The notes: generated by a model from the sequence alone, not told the origin. 64,000 nucleotides of DNA from Ginglymostoma cirratum (GCA_024137785.1 JAHRHZ010000038.1:27026938-27090937), one strand, 5' to 3'. Positions 13,256 to 26,900 are shown, counted from the stretch's first letter. Numbers and translations: made by a program.

Positions 13256-14854
13256 AAAGTATTCCCTATGCCTTCTTAACCACTTTGTTCACCTGTGCCA
13301 GCTACCTTCAGGCACTGGTGGACATACACACCAAACTTCTTCTGATCCTTGGTGCTTCTTGGGTTTCCACTGCTATATCTTCCCACATTTCTCACCATTG
13401 CCCATTCTGCTCAAGGAAGAGGAAAATTCCACTCATAATCTCATCAGGTTAGCACCTCCTAATTCCTCAGAAAATCCAAAGATTGGAAAAAGCCAGCAGG
13501 TGATTATCCATAGCAGGAAGCACAGCCTGGTGATGATGTTTGATGAGTGCGTGACGGATTTTATCTGGGAATGCGACACTGGAATCCTGTTCCATCCTGC
13601 CTCATCCTTTATTCAAAACAGGAGGCTCTTGTGACACAGTGATAGTGTCCCTACTGCTGCGTCAGGAGACCAAGTTCAAATCCAAACTAATCCAGTGCTG
13701 TGTAATAACATTGTTGGCCAGGCTGCTTAAGAAAATATCCTTTATTCAATACAACACATTATCTCCTTTGAACCATTATTCAGCTCCTTTTCAAAACACC
13801 AAGGTCTATATTTATTCTAGCTAGGTTGCATTGTTTGATTAAAACTGACATTTGCAACTAATAATTTGTACATTAGAACTTGTACACATTTATCTTTATA
13901 TTATTGTACTGTTGCAGTGAAGTGATTGACAGAAAACATGACAAGTATTCAGGCTGTCTTGAATTTATTCTGAACAGGGGTACAAAGGACTTTGAATTAT
14001 ATTAGTCAGAATCGTTTACCTAACAAAAGTTGAAGGTATGCTCCACTTCCCTCTGATTCCTTTGTTGAAGTAACATGCAAGTTGAGTTACATGGACCAGA
14101 AAGACCAAAGAGTATATCCCCAATTTGTGGGGAGTTGGCTAATCTCAGTCAAGGAGGCAGGAGAGAACAAACACAATGATTGACAGCACCCGCCAGGGTT
14201 AGAGAGGAGAAGCTCAGCCAAGACTCCTGCCTTTGGTCATGATGCATAACATTTGCTGAGGAGAGTCTATGAGAGTCCATGTATTTATCAGTCAGGCTTG
14301 ATGTGATAACCCTTCAGCCGCTGCAGTCAGAAGGTAAACCCATGAGAAATGGACACATGGGAAGTACTCAAGGTCGTTGAGAACCTGTGAAATTGGGAGA
14401 AAAAAACTGAGCAAATAAAACCCCTGTGGTTAACAGAAACTGTGGAAAGGCTAGCTTTAACTTTCTAGTAATGCAGATTTACTATCTTAATTATACCAAC
14501 ATCTCATCATGTTCGACTGAAATCGTTAATTAATAACTTTATAGTTTTGCACCAGATGGAGAGTCAAGGCTGCAGACAGGCAAGTAGTGTTGAAGCTGCA
14601 ATTAGATCATCTGTGATTCTATCGAATGATGGAGAAGGCTTGAGGGGCTACCCCTGCTCTTATTTTTATGTTCTTCAAATGAATTGCTTGGTACCTTTAA
14701 TCAGCAAAAGCTGTGGTCCAAAATACGCTATTTTAATCAATTTGAATAAGAAAAACAAAGCTTCCGAACAGTAATTTTATATATTACATTATTATTCCTG
14801 CAGATGCTAGGGTTGGTTCAACAGGACCAAAAGTCTCCTTCCATATAATGATTT

Positions 14855-15090
14855 TCAAGTAACTCCACAGAGGCCAGTATCCTATCACCAATTCACCCTT
14901 TATTTACACATGCAGAGCTCTTGACACTGATCCAACTCCCTCAGAGCCAGCTGTCACAATGAACAGAACTATAACACTCCTGTTTATATCTGTCAGTCAG
15001 GGATCCTTGATTGGGCCAGACTAACAGCCCCCCTTCAAGGAGCTCATATTTTACGAGGTCCACCTGGCTGACCTCATTACAATCACTGCA
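14855..15090 (-). mobile_element. Solo LTR (~236 bp) with perfect 5-bp TSD GATTT
   Basis: Reverse-complement homolog of 24108-24342; GATTT at 14850-14854 and 15091-15095; internal TATA-like and AATAAA motifs on minus. Confidence 0.85.
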
Positions 15091-16029
15091 GATTTTATTC
15101 CTATTTACTTCCAATACTCCATTTCAAAAGAAGTGTACAGTGTGTATAGAATTGCAGCATAACATAAAGGAGTGACCTTTCATCTTCGAAGTTCACTCAC
15201 TGAAAAGTGAAAATATATTTGTCCTTAAGCCATCGAATGATTAGCTCTTCTGACCAGACGTGCCCAAACACTATGTCTCGTAGGATTCAATTCCTATTGA
15301 ATGAAAATTCCTTTTGTAGACTCTATGCAGTTTTCTTTGAACCTTTCTGTTTCTTTTTAAAAGTACATTCTGTAGTACAACTGAAAGCTGACCTAATCTT
15401 TATTGATCAGTAATGGTTAAGTTGGGTTTTTTTTAAGCAGTGCGGTAAACTGGTAATGATATGCAGTGGGGCCTGTAAATCTGATTCAGTCAGATCCCAA
15501 ACGTTGACAGCTTATAGACGATTCTTTGTTGCTTGCTTTCTCAAATCCTATTTGCAGCTCACAACGTTAGATGATTACTGAATGAAAAGGGTAATAGAAG
15601 TCCAGAACTACACAGACAGAATATTTCATTCGTGTAATACTTCACAGCACATTTCGTTTGCTGGGAAAGTATTGTGCTCTTCATTGCTCTTATTAAACAA
15701 AGAAGCGAACATACAAAACATTAATCTTTTAACTACAGGAATAACCATGTGCATCCTTATATGCATTCATTTAGTTTGTATTTAAAAAGAACATCTTCCC
15801 ATACTTTAAAACAGTGTTCATTCCAATGTAGTGCTGATCAAAAGTGCTAATGAAGAATAGGATTTGCTGTTTAGTTTATTCACTCAGAACAAGAATGATA
15901 TTTGTTCTTACATGAACCTGCATGTGGAAGATTTCAATGTGGGGAGGTTGTTGCACTGTACCGTTCTGACTGACCAGGAGACTCTCAGCTGAAGGATAAG
16001 TGACCAGTTTGGCATCTTTAGCATACATT

Positions 16030-16305
16030 GGGTGGCTTGACGCTCAGTGGTTAGCACTGCTGCCTCACAGCGCCAGGTATCTGGGTTTGATCCCACCCTT
16101 GGGCAACTGTATGTGCAGGGTTTGCATGTTCTCCCCGTGCCTGTGTGGGTTTCCTCCAACGGTCCAAAGGCATGTAGGCTAGGTGGATTAGTTGTAGTAA
16201 ATGCAGCGTATCAGGGATAGAGTGGAGGTCTGGGTCAGGGTGGGATGATCTTTTGAAGGTTGGTGCAGATTTGATGGGTCAAAAGGCCTTTTCCCGCACT
16301 TCCAT
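16030..16305 (+). mobile_element. HE1-related SINE (older copy)
   Basis: gctcagtggttagcactgctgcctcacagcgcc head and V-SINE core. Confidence 0.82.
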
Positions 16306-16359
16306 GAGCATCGAATGCAAAAGTGACTTGAGCCCAGAGCCTAGGGACAAGAGCATCAG

Positions 16360-16945
16360 AAATAGAAACAGAAGTAGGCTGGTCAGCTCCTTTAGTCTCC
16401 TCTATAATTCAATAGGATCATGGCTGATCCAGCATTCCTCTCATAATTTTCCTGTCCTTTCTCTGTAACCCTTGATTCTCTGACTGATCAAGAATCTATC
16501 TATCTCAATATTAAATAGATACAAAGACTCTCGCCTCACAGCTCTCTGCGGTAGCGTTCCAAACATTCACAGCCCTCTGGGAGAAGAAATTCTTCCTCAA
16601 CTCCGTCTTGAATTCTTGCTCCTTTATTCTGAGATTGTGCCCTCTAGTCTGAGACTCTCCCATGAAGGAAACATCCTGTCAGCATTTACCTTGTCAAGCC
16701 CCTCTAGAATTCAATGAGATCACCTGTCATTCTTCTAAACTCCAGTGAGAAGATTCCCAACCTGTTTAGTCTTTGTTCATAAGACAATCCCTTCATAACA
16801 GGGATCATCCTTGTGAACATTCTCTGAACTGTCTCCAATAAAATTATATCCTTCCTTAAAGAAGGGGACCAAAACTGCTCACTGTACTCCAGATATGGTC
16901 TCACTAGCACCTTGTACAGTTGCAGTTAGACTTCCCTCTTCTTAT
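16360..16945 (-). mobile_element. CR1 LINE 3' fragment
   Basis: ORF 16704..16910 LVRPYLEYSEQFWSP...RRMTGDLIE is the CR1 ORF2 C-terminus. Confidence 0.9.
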
Positions 16946-17280
16946 ACTTCAGACGTAGGGGCAACGCCCATTACAGCACAAGGCCTCCTCCAGGATTTTG
17001 TAAGACATATATTGAGGCTAAGATTTTCTTCACCCGTTTCACGAATGGAACAAAATTAATGTCAAAAATATTAGTTTTCGACACTATTTTCTTTGTAAAA
17101 TACATCCTGCTGGCCCTTCCCTCAAACTGCATAACACAATAACCCCCTTTTTCCAAAGATAAAAAATCCCTATAGACACTGTAGTAAGAATTCTGATGGG
17201 GAAATACTTCTACTGTGTCATGCTTTTTGGCAAAGTTTGAAGGTGCTTAACAACGTGGGTTTTGCCTCCAACAGGGTAGA

Positions 17281-19855
17281 TTTACCTAATGCAGCAATGT
17301 TTATGTTAGCCCTCATAACGTAAGAATCTAGTTATGGGTAATTGAAGACTCCAACAGGACATTCATCACAGCTCACTGTTATATCTGAACTGTTATATCA
17401 GATTCACAGTCACAGAAGTGTCTAGCGAGTATTAGGCTATTTAGTAACACAGGATGCTTTCATCGGTATGTTGAGCTTCAAGTGATCTGAGTTAGGATGG
17501 AGTCTAAGATCTTCATACACTCAGGTTACATGCTATAACACAGTGTTGATATAGACATACAGACACAGTTGTCTATTCAATCATTATACAAACAGGTGAA
17601 AACAGAGTATGTACAATCAACAATTCAGATTTCCATGCAACGTTTCGAAGGTCTAGCAACTCTCCCTTTTCTGCTGAGTGCATACTTGTCTGGAGAGGTG
17701 TGCATTGTTCGTGCTTGCTGTTGATTGACAACACTGGTTGTCTTGTTCATAGATAACTCCTCTCAGTATCATCACACAATCATCATTGTCAGATAGATCT
17801 TCCTCACGCTTGGCATGTATAATTGGTGTGCCATACATTGGTCTGAGTTGTCTCCTGTTCTTTTGCAATGTTGCACCATGTTCAGGAATAACTTCCTATG
17901 ATCTGGGCTATTTGCATATTCTAGAAACCTTTGCTGGGAACTAATTCATTGCGTTTAGATTTCTGACTGACACTGTCTGACCATGTACAGTTGTGGTGGT
18001 TCTTCATCTAGTAGTCATGTATCTTTTTCATTTGCCTCTACCTTTGAGGAAGAAAGTCCCATGTTTTGGAATGGGTAGACAATTTGTTGCTGGGCAAACT
18101 TGTTTGCATGTGTCCTTCAAGTATAGGTCATGCCAGGGATGGTAATAGACTTGTCAGATTATAAACTTGGTGAACGTGCCCTTGGTGTAAGCTGATCATG
18201 ATATCCTGGCGTGATGCTTTTGGTATTGTGGTTTGTTGGCCCTTGAAAATAACTTGTTGTGATACACCATGTTCATCCCTCTGTATGGCCGAAATGGACG
18301 AATCTTCTCTGGCACTTCTTTAAGACTGCCAGCTGGAAAATTGTCTTTTTACAACTCTTGTAGATGCCTCATCTTTAGCAATTTTGGCCAATGTGTAACA
18401 GATCAACTTTGAGTATGTCTTCAATTTCACCTGATTTGATTACATCTTCTGTGGTCTGGTCCATCACAGTGGCTTTGAATTGAATCATATGAATTGTGAA
18501 TACACCAAAGTCTGTGCATATTAATATTCTGCCGCTGCCAGATCTTGGATATCTACCAGTAGAATAATTTGAGAATCCAAGAAGATGTCATCAGGATAGT
18601 GATAGAGTAGTGCTTCTGAGGTGGGGCTCATCCATTCAAACTGCTTTTCTTCCACATGAAAATAATACAAAAGATCACAAAGAACTAATCTAAACAAATT
18701 GTTATAAAAAATAAAAAGAATGAAATATTCTGAAATATATAGTCTTGAGTGATGAAGGCTTTACAGGTTATGCAATTACTAAATTAAACACAAAGTGTTA
18801 CAAAGTTACCTAACACAAAAGTTAAATTTAGCTAATAGATACAGTTCGGAGATGTATAATTACTTACTTCCTGAGGAAGTGGTGGATATGTGTACAGCTG
18901 CAAAATTTAAAAGACACTTACATAAACACCTGAATGAGAAATGTTTGGAGGGATTATGGACCAAGCGTAAACAGGTGGAACTGGTTTAGTTTGGGATTAT
19001 AGTCAACATGGACTGGTTGGACCGAAGGGTCTGTTTCCGTGCTGTATGCCTCTATAACTCTATAAAATAATTCATAAAAGACAAAAAGCACAACTGTGAT
19101 TATAATTTGTTTTCAGCGACTTCCATTTTGGCTCAGTCATTGAAAAGGGGCAGCTGTGATTGCATGCTCTTTCTAACTCGGTCTTGGGGCTTACATGTTC
19201 TCACAATCATAAAGTGACGATGAATTAAACAGTGCCCCTTGGCCGTGGTAGTGTCTCTAAAATGTTAAAGTACTGTCTTCAATCTGTTCACAGCCCCACG
19301 GCGGATTTCTTTGTCAAATGAAGCTAAGGACAGTCATATGATATAAAATAACTAAAATCTACAATGGTTACAGTAAAGCAGAAACGAGCTCTGAAATGAA
19401 GCTGTTCTATGCTTATCCATAGATCTGAAATCACAGAAGCTGATTCTGCTAATTTTCTGAATTATTTGATGACTCATGCTATGTTTTGTTGATCTTCAAT
19501 TAGGTTGCCAAATATCTTTCACCAAGACGTTGAACCTTTTTTTTTAAATAGATGGCCACTGCTGCTAGACATGGGACATATAGCAGAGTACCTTTACCTG
19601 ATGCAGCAATGCTTGTATTGTCCGTCATAACATATGAATCCAGATGTGGGTAAGAATCCAACAGAACTCCTATTTCAGCTCACTGTTATTTACAATCAAC
19701 AGATTTGGGGACAAAGAAGTGCCTGGGGTAGTATTAGGCTATTCAGTTACACTGAGCAGTATATTTCCATGCTTCAAGTAGCCCATGTTAAGATGGAGCC
19801 TGAGAATTTTGTATAATTAGACGACATGCAATGATGCAGAGATGATATCATAAGC
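17281..19855 (-). mobile_element. Decayed Gypsy-type LTR retrotransposon (two diverged direct repeats plus integrase remnant)
   Basis: Direct repeats ~17281-17550 and ~19593-19855 share tttacct-atgcagcaatg, cagctcactgttat and agtattaggctatt. Minus-strand integrase C-terminal remnants: PSLA*PILEGHMQTSLP and PAKVSRICK*PRS*EVI..GATLQKNRRQLRP. Confidence 0.7.
18860..19065 (+). mobile_element. CR1 3' terminal fragment
   Basis: LPEEVVD...FKRHL motif plus tail ggaccgaagggtctgtttccgtgctgtat...ctcta. Confidence 0.8.
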
Positions 19856-20259
19856 ATGCCTCTTAACAATGACAATGAGACGTAACACAATATTTAAGAT
19901 ACAATAAATTATTGAAACGTACACAAATAAAGCAGCCGTTTTTCATTTAACAAGATCTTATTGATTGGAATTAGATAAATGATCAATTAATATCTAGTAT
20001 TTGTCAGGATATCTGGAGAGCAAGTTCTATCATGGACATTTAAGTTGAAAGTTACTGGATGATAATAGACAATCATAATATATTTATAAAAGGCAGATTT
20101 TGTAATTGAGTTTTTTCTGGAATCCAGCATATAGATGGCAGAAGGATATTTGATATTTGTGTGTATTTATATTTGCACACATAAAGAAAACTCAAATATA
20201 CAGAAACATTGTGTGGAATTATGAATAAAAGTCTTATACAGGGGAAATTATGTAAACTG

Positions 20260-20440
20260 TAGCCTAGTGGGTAGTACTCATATCTTTGAGCCACAAGGTC
20301 ATGTGTTCAAGTCCTATATCAAGCTTTGAATGCATAAATAACGAGGCTGACCTTTCAGGGCAGTACAAGGGACGTGACACTGTTGGGCTGCTGTTTGTAA
20401 AATGAAACCTTAAACCAAGGTTCCATCCACCTGTTAAGGT
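20260..20440 (+). mobile_element. DeuSINE/SacSINE1-like 5' portion
   Basis: tRNA-like head (agtgggtag...gtgttcaagtcc) followed by Deu-domain-like gggacgtgacactgttggg...tgaaaccttaaaccaagg. Confidence 0.55.
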
Positions 20441-21730
20441 TGACTTGGATCCGGATCTCATTACAGCTTTGGCCCAAACATGGACAAAGGACCTGAACTC
20501 CAGGGGCAATGTGAGATTAACTGCTCCTCACATCAAGACAGCACTTGATGAAATATGGCATCAAGGAGTCCTAGCAAAACTGGGGTCAATGGGAATCAAT
20601 GGAAAAGCTCACCACTGTTCAGAGTCACACCTGGCACATTGGAAGATGGTTGCAGTTATTGGTTCTCAGCTTCAGGACGTCTCTGCAGGAGTTCCTTCTG
20701 GCAGTGACCATGGCCCAACCATTTTCAGCTGATTCATCGTAAGGTCATAAGGTCAGAAGTTGGGATGTTTGCCGATGATTGCACAATGTTCAGCACCATT
20801 TGTGACTCCTCAGATACTGAAGCAATCCATGTTCAAATGGAACAAGACTGGGATAACACACAGGATGAGGCTGAATAGTGGTAAGTAACATTAATAGAAC
20901 GTATAGAACATAGAACAGTACAGCACAGTACAGGCCCTTCGGCCCATGATATTGTGTCGACCTATTATCCTGCTCTAAGATCAAACTAGCCTGCATACCC
21001 TTCATTTTACTATCATCCATGTGTTTATCCAAGAGTTGCTTAAATGTCCCTAACGTATCTGACTCTACTACCACCTCTGGCAGTGCATTCCATGCATCCA
21101 CTACTCTCTATGTAAAGAGACCACGTGCCATGTAAGTATCAACAATATCCATCTCCACCAAGAGAGAATCTAAGCCTTACATTTTGATATTCGATACCAT
21201 TGCTATCACTGAATCTCTCACAATCAACTTCCTTAGAGTTTCCACTGAAGAGAAACTGAACTATATCAGCTATATGCATGCATAAGGACCATCCAATACA
21301 AAGAGGCCTGCTGGTCTGGCACCCAATCTACAATGTTCAATATTCACTCCCTTCAGTCCCCAGTAGCAGCATTGTGTACATTCGACAAGATTCATGGCAG
21401 CAACTTACTGAGGCTCCTTTATCAACATCTTTCAGACCTATAACCTCTAACACTCAGAACGACTAGGGCAGCAGATGCATGGGAACATCACCACTTGCAA
21501 GTTCCCCTCCAATACATTCACCATCCTAACATGGAACTATATTGCCATTCCTATAGTGCTGCTGGGTTGGAATCCTGGAACTCCCTTCTTAACAGCACTG
21601 AGGGTGTATCTCACCATATGTACTGTAGTGGCTCAAGAATATTACTTATCATCACCTTTTCAAGGGCAATTGGAGATTGGCAGTAAGTGCTGGCCCAGCA
21701 TCAATACCAACAACCCATTAACGAAGTTTT
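20440..21730 (+). mobile_element. CR1/L2-group LINE RT/3' fragment (family of 11270-13255), with an antisense CR1 3' end nested at ~20895-21120
   Basis: AGVPSGSDHGP, FADDC (tttgccgatgattgc) and the shared 3' tail; nested piece encodes WNALPEVVVE..FKQLLD on minus. Confidence 0.8.
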
Positions 21731-22559
21731 TAAAAATGTTAAACATCCCATGGTAGAGTTTTGAAAAAGAGCAGAGAGCTGGTTCCATTGTCATGGCCAA
21801 CATCAGTCCCTCAACCAACATCACAGATGATCAGCTTCTGGATTGATTCATGCTGATACATTCTATGATGCTGACACAATCAAAGTGAGGGACGGAGCAG
21901 ATACAGTAAACACTAAACATTAAAGCAAAGGCACTGGAGAGAGACAGGTCAATCGCTTGAGTGCTGCAGACTGGCATATTCTAAGCTTGGGGGCAGCTAC
22001 TTCAAAACTGGGAAAATCCCTCCCCCTCCTCAGTACACTGACAGACTAGAAACTGTGTATAAACCCTGGGACTATATATCTGACATTCCATGAATTTTGT
22101 AAAGACTAACTGTAATTGTAAATGTGGTGAGTAATATGCCCCCAAATTAAAAGAAATTGGTTCATTTTGCACTTATGTATTGTCAACTTTAAAGGGTCAG
22201 CCAATAGACTGTTACACATTTTATGAATGATTATGCTACTGGGGAAAAAGACTTGCCAGATTCAGAACTTGCTACCAGTGGGATGTGGACCTCTGCTGGC
22301 CATTGCAGTATTTTCCAGTTTATGAGAGCAAGGGTTATTTTTCTTTCCCTCAGAGGTCCTCTAACAAGGGGCTGAACAGATTGAAAATCGGCCTGGCATC
22401 CCAGCAGTAAAAATTCATTTGTGAATAATTCAGGGTCAACTCAAATGTTCTCACATCTCCACTGGGTCATCAGCATGTCTGCATTTATCCCCATTTCTAT
22501 TTGCTCTGCAAAGACAATGACATGCCTTTGTCTCAATTGTGTTCGTATCACCTAGAATA

Positions 22560-22772
22560 GGTAAAGTTAACATCAAAGTTAACGTGCCAGACCATAGAGC
22601 TCTTCCCTCAACTGGTGGTGCTTTAACCTGAGGGTCACCACTCCTCAGCTGAGGGGAGACATTGAGAATGAGAGTCCTTCACAGTAACCGCAGCTTGAGC
22701 AGAATTGAACTCATGCTGATACCATCACCCTACGTTCAAAATCATCCATCCAGCCAACTGAACTAACCAACC
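22560..22772 (-). mobile_element. Third tRNA-SINE family, antisense copy
   Basis: Reverse complement of 29918-30125 (ggttagttcagttggctgg head, gtggtgaccctcaggttaaa core). Confidence 0.7.
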
Positions 22773-23199
22773 CAAATAAAAAGCAGGAAAACAGGCTGCT
22801 GGCACGAGTTGGTCTGTACTCTATACTCCACACCTTTCTCCTCCCATGACACTCACCTCACAAGAACCTTTCAGTGTATCTTCTGCTACTTTGTCCTGTT
22901 GACCAGTTGTCTCCTTTCCTAAGGAAGCTCCTACATTTTCTTTATGCATATTAAACAGGCCCCCTTTGAGCTGAAGTGGTTGTATTTTAATTCACCATAT
23001 TTGTATGGAATACATAGAATGTGCTGCTTGGAAGTATGGAGGAGGCCTGTTCAATTGAGGCTTCTGAAAGGATGATTATTTAAATAGAAGCAATATGCAG
23101 GATTATGAGGAAAAGGCAGGGGATTTGCACTAAATTGAAATGCTCAGGGAACCAGTGCAGATGATTATTCTTTTTCCTATTCAAAACAATGATTAACAT

Positions 23200-23455
23200 C
23201 CATTTTAAATCTCTATCACTCCTTTACTACCATTAGCACTCCCCTTGCCTTCCATGCTGGGCACCTCCACAATCTGTTCTTCTTGCTCCTTCCTCACCCT
23301 CCTTTTCTTCACAGCACAAAATGTTTTGAGTGCCTTGAGTTCTGAACAAGTCATATCAGACTTGAAACATTAACTCTGTTTCTCTCTCCATAGATTGTGC
23401 TAGACCTGCTGAATTTCTCCTGCACTTTCTCTTTTCTAAAGTTTCAGATTTCCAT
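23200..23455 (+). mobile_element. Old Penelope-like terminal repeat fragment with degenerate hammerhead motif
   Basis: gagtt-CTGAACA-agtc..gact-tGAAAcatt-aactc followed by tctctcca..gctagacctgctgaatttctcc..tttcagatttcca. Confidence 0.7.
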
Positions 23456-24107
23456 TTGGCTTTGATGAAAGAACAATATTTTTAAGAGCACATTCAGAAT
23501 AATTTGTCATCCCAGCAATAGTTGAAAAAATAATGGCTGCATCCACAAAACCTTTCCCTTGAGATAAAAAGGATCATCTTTAAATATTATGTTGCTGTAC
23601 TGCTCGAAAAAGTTTACCTTCAACAAGATGATATTTTCTCAAGTGATCGTTTGAAACTATAAAGTGCAGCATAGTGATTAATATTTTATTGCCACAAGCT
23701 TGACCTACCATGGCTTGTATTTTTTGACATTTTTCATGTTAATGTGATTGAAATAGAACAGACTTGGACCGCAAATGTAGCCATGAAGAGCTACATGTGG
23801 CCCTGGAGTCGAAGATGCAGGTCCCTGGTTAGGTTAACAATATGCAATGGATAACAACATAATCTGTTCAGCTGGGCTGCTAATGCATTGCAACAATCAT
23901 TGTTACGACTGTTGAGAGAGTGACAAATATAAAGGGGTCTTGGAGATAAGTACCCAGGAACAATCATCTCATACTCCAGCTGCCTCCTTTGAATAGGACT
24001 AACTGAATAGTGTTCAGATATAAAAGGGAGTCCCCCTTGTGATTCGAAGCCTAGTTTTCAACAGTGAGAAGTCAGTGAAACGTAAAATAAGTTAGGAATC
24101 TCACGAC

Positions 24108-24342
24108 TGCCGTGATTGTAACGAGGTCAGCCAGGCGGATCTCATAGAATATGAGTTTCCCGATTGGGGCTGTTAATCTGGTTCAATCAGGGAGCCCTGG
24201 CTGACAGATAGAAACAGGAGTGTCAGGGGTTCTGTTCACTCTGAGAGCTGGCTCTGAGGAAGCTGGATCAGTGTAAGGAATCTCCACACATAAATGGAGG
24301 GTGACTTGGTGATGGGATACCGCCTTCCATGGAGTTATTTCA
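24108..24342 (+). mobile_element. Solo LTR (~235 bp), TG...CA
   Basis: Begins tgccgtgattgtaacgagg, ends ggagttatttca; degenerate 5-bp TSD acgac/gcgat; homolog of 14855-15090. Confidence 0.85.
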
Positions 24343-24842
24343 GCGATCATGTCTGGATTTTTTAGGTGATTCTTTAGATTCCTACAATAGTGGCAGATGT
24401 TGAGGAAGTGATCAGCAATGTTGAAGCTAAATTCGCTCTTGTATACAGAAGCTCGTGACTGTTCTCAAGCTCGTAGATTATCACAAGTTTCAGGGGACAG
24501 CTCCATTCTGAAGAATTTTCAATGTGAGACTTGATGGTGAAACTCCTTCTTGACATGTCACTGTTCAACATAGTGCTGATGCTCCTATGGCAGAGCTCAG
24601 TGGAGAAACCACAAGGAGAAGCTGGAAGCTGTGGGTGTTTGACAAAACAAGAAAGTATTCAACATACTAAATGTCTGAGAGGGATGGAAGTTTACAATTC
24701 CGTCAATGTACAAAGTATTTCTCAACAGGAAATATATCAACTCAGATGATTGTGAAGGATGAACTGTAATAACTAAACTTCAAGCATGAACTATTTAATA
24801 CTCCTTTGACAGCACTTCCTAAACCCACAATCACCTCAATCT

Positions 24843-25218
24843 TGTCCCCGCCTCCCTAACCTGTCCTTCCTCTCACCTATCCCCTCCTCCCACCTCAAGC
24901 CCCACCCCCATCTCTTACTTACTAGCCTCATCCCACCCCCTTGACCCGTCCGTCCTCCCTGGACTGACCTATACTCTTCCTAACTCCCCACCTACACTTA
25001 CCTTTACTTGCTCCATCCCTGCCTCTATGACCTGTCTATCTCCTCTCCACCTATCTTCTCCTTTATCCATCTCCTATCCGCCTCCCCCACCCTCCCTATT
25101 TATTTCAGAATTCCCTTCCCCTCCCCCATTTCTGCAGAAGGGTCTAGGCCCGAAATGTCAGCTTTCCTGCTCCACTGATGCTGCTTGGTCTGTTGTGTTC
25201 ATCCAGCTCTACACCTTG
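24843..25218 (+). mobile_element. Penelope-like terminal repeat insertion with 12-bp TSD
   Basis: TSD tcacctcaatct at 24831-24842 and 25219-25230; pyrimidine-rich body; mutated hammerhead core at 25132-25159; sits inside an older LINE 3' fragment (~24810-25550). Confidence 0.85.
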
Positions 25219-25954
25219 TCACCTCAATCTAGAAGGACAAGGGAGATATATGGGACACCATCATCCATAAGCAACGTTCTCTTGAAGCTGCATACCTGTG
25301 TACATGCACAATTGGTTTCGTGGCATTGACATCGGGTTCTCGAAGTCTCTATCATGCATGGGCCGTAGAAGGAATGCTGCCTGCAAGTTCCCGTCCAAAG
25401 CTTGGAAATATGTCACCTTTCTTTCAATGTTGCTGGGTCAAAAGCCTGGAATTCCCTTCCTAACAGCATGGTGCGTGTACCTACATCTGCAGTGGTTGAA
25501 GAAAATCCCTCACCTTCTCAAGGGCAATTAAGGATGGGCAATAAATGCTTTCTAGGCCCAGAATGACTTGGGATGTGTTGAGAAATTTGGGAGAATTGTA
25601 TGAGATATGAAGCGAAACCTATTTCAGTGTCAAGACTGATAAATTGCATTTTCCATTCAAGTCCTAAATGGAGTTGAGATTCTAGCTAATGACGGCGAGA
25701 GGCCTATAATTCGGGATTATCACACATTATCACCCTCTTTACTAATTAATCTCACTTCATTAATGTGCACGTTCCTGCTCTCCCACTAGTTGCACAGAAA
25801 CTAGATGCTGAGAATTCCTGGAATGGAAGTCTGAGCGAGCATCGGTGAATCTACCTCATCACTTGCTCTTCTGAACCTCCATCTCAGGGCATGCTCCATG
25901 GGCAGTGACCGCATGGCCCCAGGCACATCCACGGACATTGGCATCCAATATCAA

Positions 25955-26117
25955 CCAGCCTCACCACATCATCATGGCACATCTCTAACTCCAACATGTA
26001 CCAGCCTCACAATGTCATCATGGCACATCTACAACTCCAACATGTACCAGCCTCACATTATCATGGCACATCTACAACTCTAACATGTACCAGCCTCAAC
26101 ACATCATCATGGCACAT
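25955..26117. repeat. ~46-bp minisatellite, ~3.6 copies (CCAGCCTCAC..ATCATGGCACATCT.CAACTCCAACATGTA)
   Basis: Units start at 25955, 26001, 26047 and 26090; the array stops at a SINE insertion. Confidence 0.9.
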
Positions 26118-26122
26118 TTCCT

Positions 26123-26470
26123 GGGGCAGCATGGTTGCACAGTGGTTAGCACTGCTGCCTCATAGCGCCAGGGACCCAGGTTCAATTCCACCCTCAGGCG
26201 ACTGCCTGTGTGGAGTTTGCACATTCTCCTGGTGTCTGCGTGGGTTTCCTCCAGATGCTCTGGTTTCCTGCCACAATCCAAACATGTGCAGGCTAGGTGG
26301 ATTGGCCATTCTAAATTGCCTGTAGTGTCCAGGGATGTGTAGATTAGGTAGATTAAACATGGGAACTGCTGGATTACAGGGGAAGGGATGTGGGTGGGAC
26401 CCTCTTCAGAGGCATGGTGTGGACTAGGGCTGAATGGCCTGTTTCCACACTGTAGGCATTCTATGATTTC
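26123..26470 (+). mobile_element. HE1-type SINE
   Basis: Full head, core and tail (gtaggcattctatgatt). Confidence 0.9.
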
Positions 26471-26737
26471 CGAATCATGGTTCACATCTGCATTTCAAGG
26501 CTGCATTTTGGAGGTCACCAGCATCTCTGATTGAAATATTCCTGTAAGGACACTGTGGGTATGGGAACAGATACAGAGCCCAGAGTGCCCCTCAGGGCCG
26601 TGCACTTGTTTTCCTAGTGCCTATCCATTTGCACCTACATGGGTACTCTGCCTCACCTTGCTTTTCTGCATTTTGGCCCCTTGGCCTTAGAGACTGATGA
26701 TACTTCCAGCTTGACTTGCAGTGTAGTGTGGACGCTC

Positions 26738-26900
26738 AGGGGAGGCAATAGCCTAGTCATATTATCATTAGACTATTAATCCAGAAACTCAACTACTGCC
26801 CTGCAGACTTGGGTTCGAATCCCACCACAGAAGATGGCAACATTTGAACTCAACAAAGAATCTGGAATTAAGGGTCTGATGATGACCATGAGATCACACC
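26738..26900 (+). mobile_element. Second tRNA-SINE family, 5' portion
   Basis: ggggaggcaatagcctagt...gggttcgaatcccacc A/B boxes, then tctggaattaag. Confidence 0.7.

Noticed and set aside
14060-14400. Possible LF-SINE/AmnSINE exapted element
   Set aside because: Looks like an old SINE remnant but is too diverged to assign a family without a profile search.
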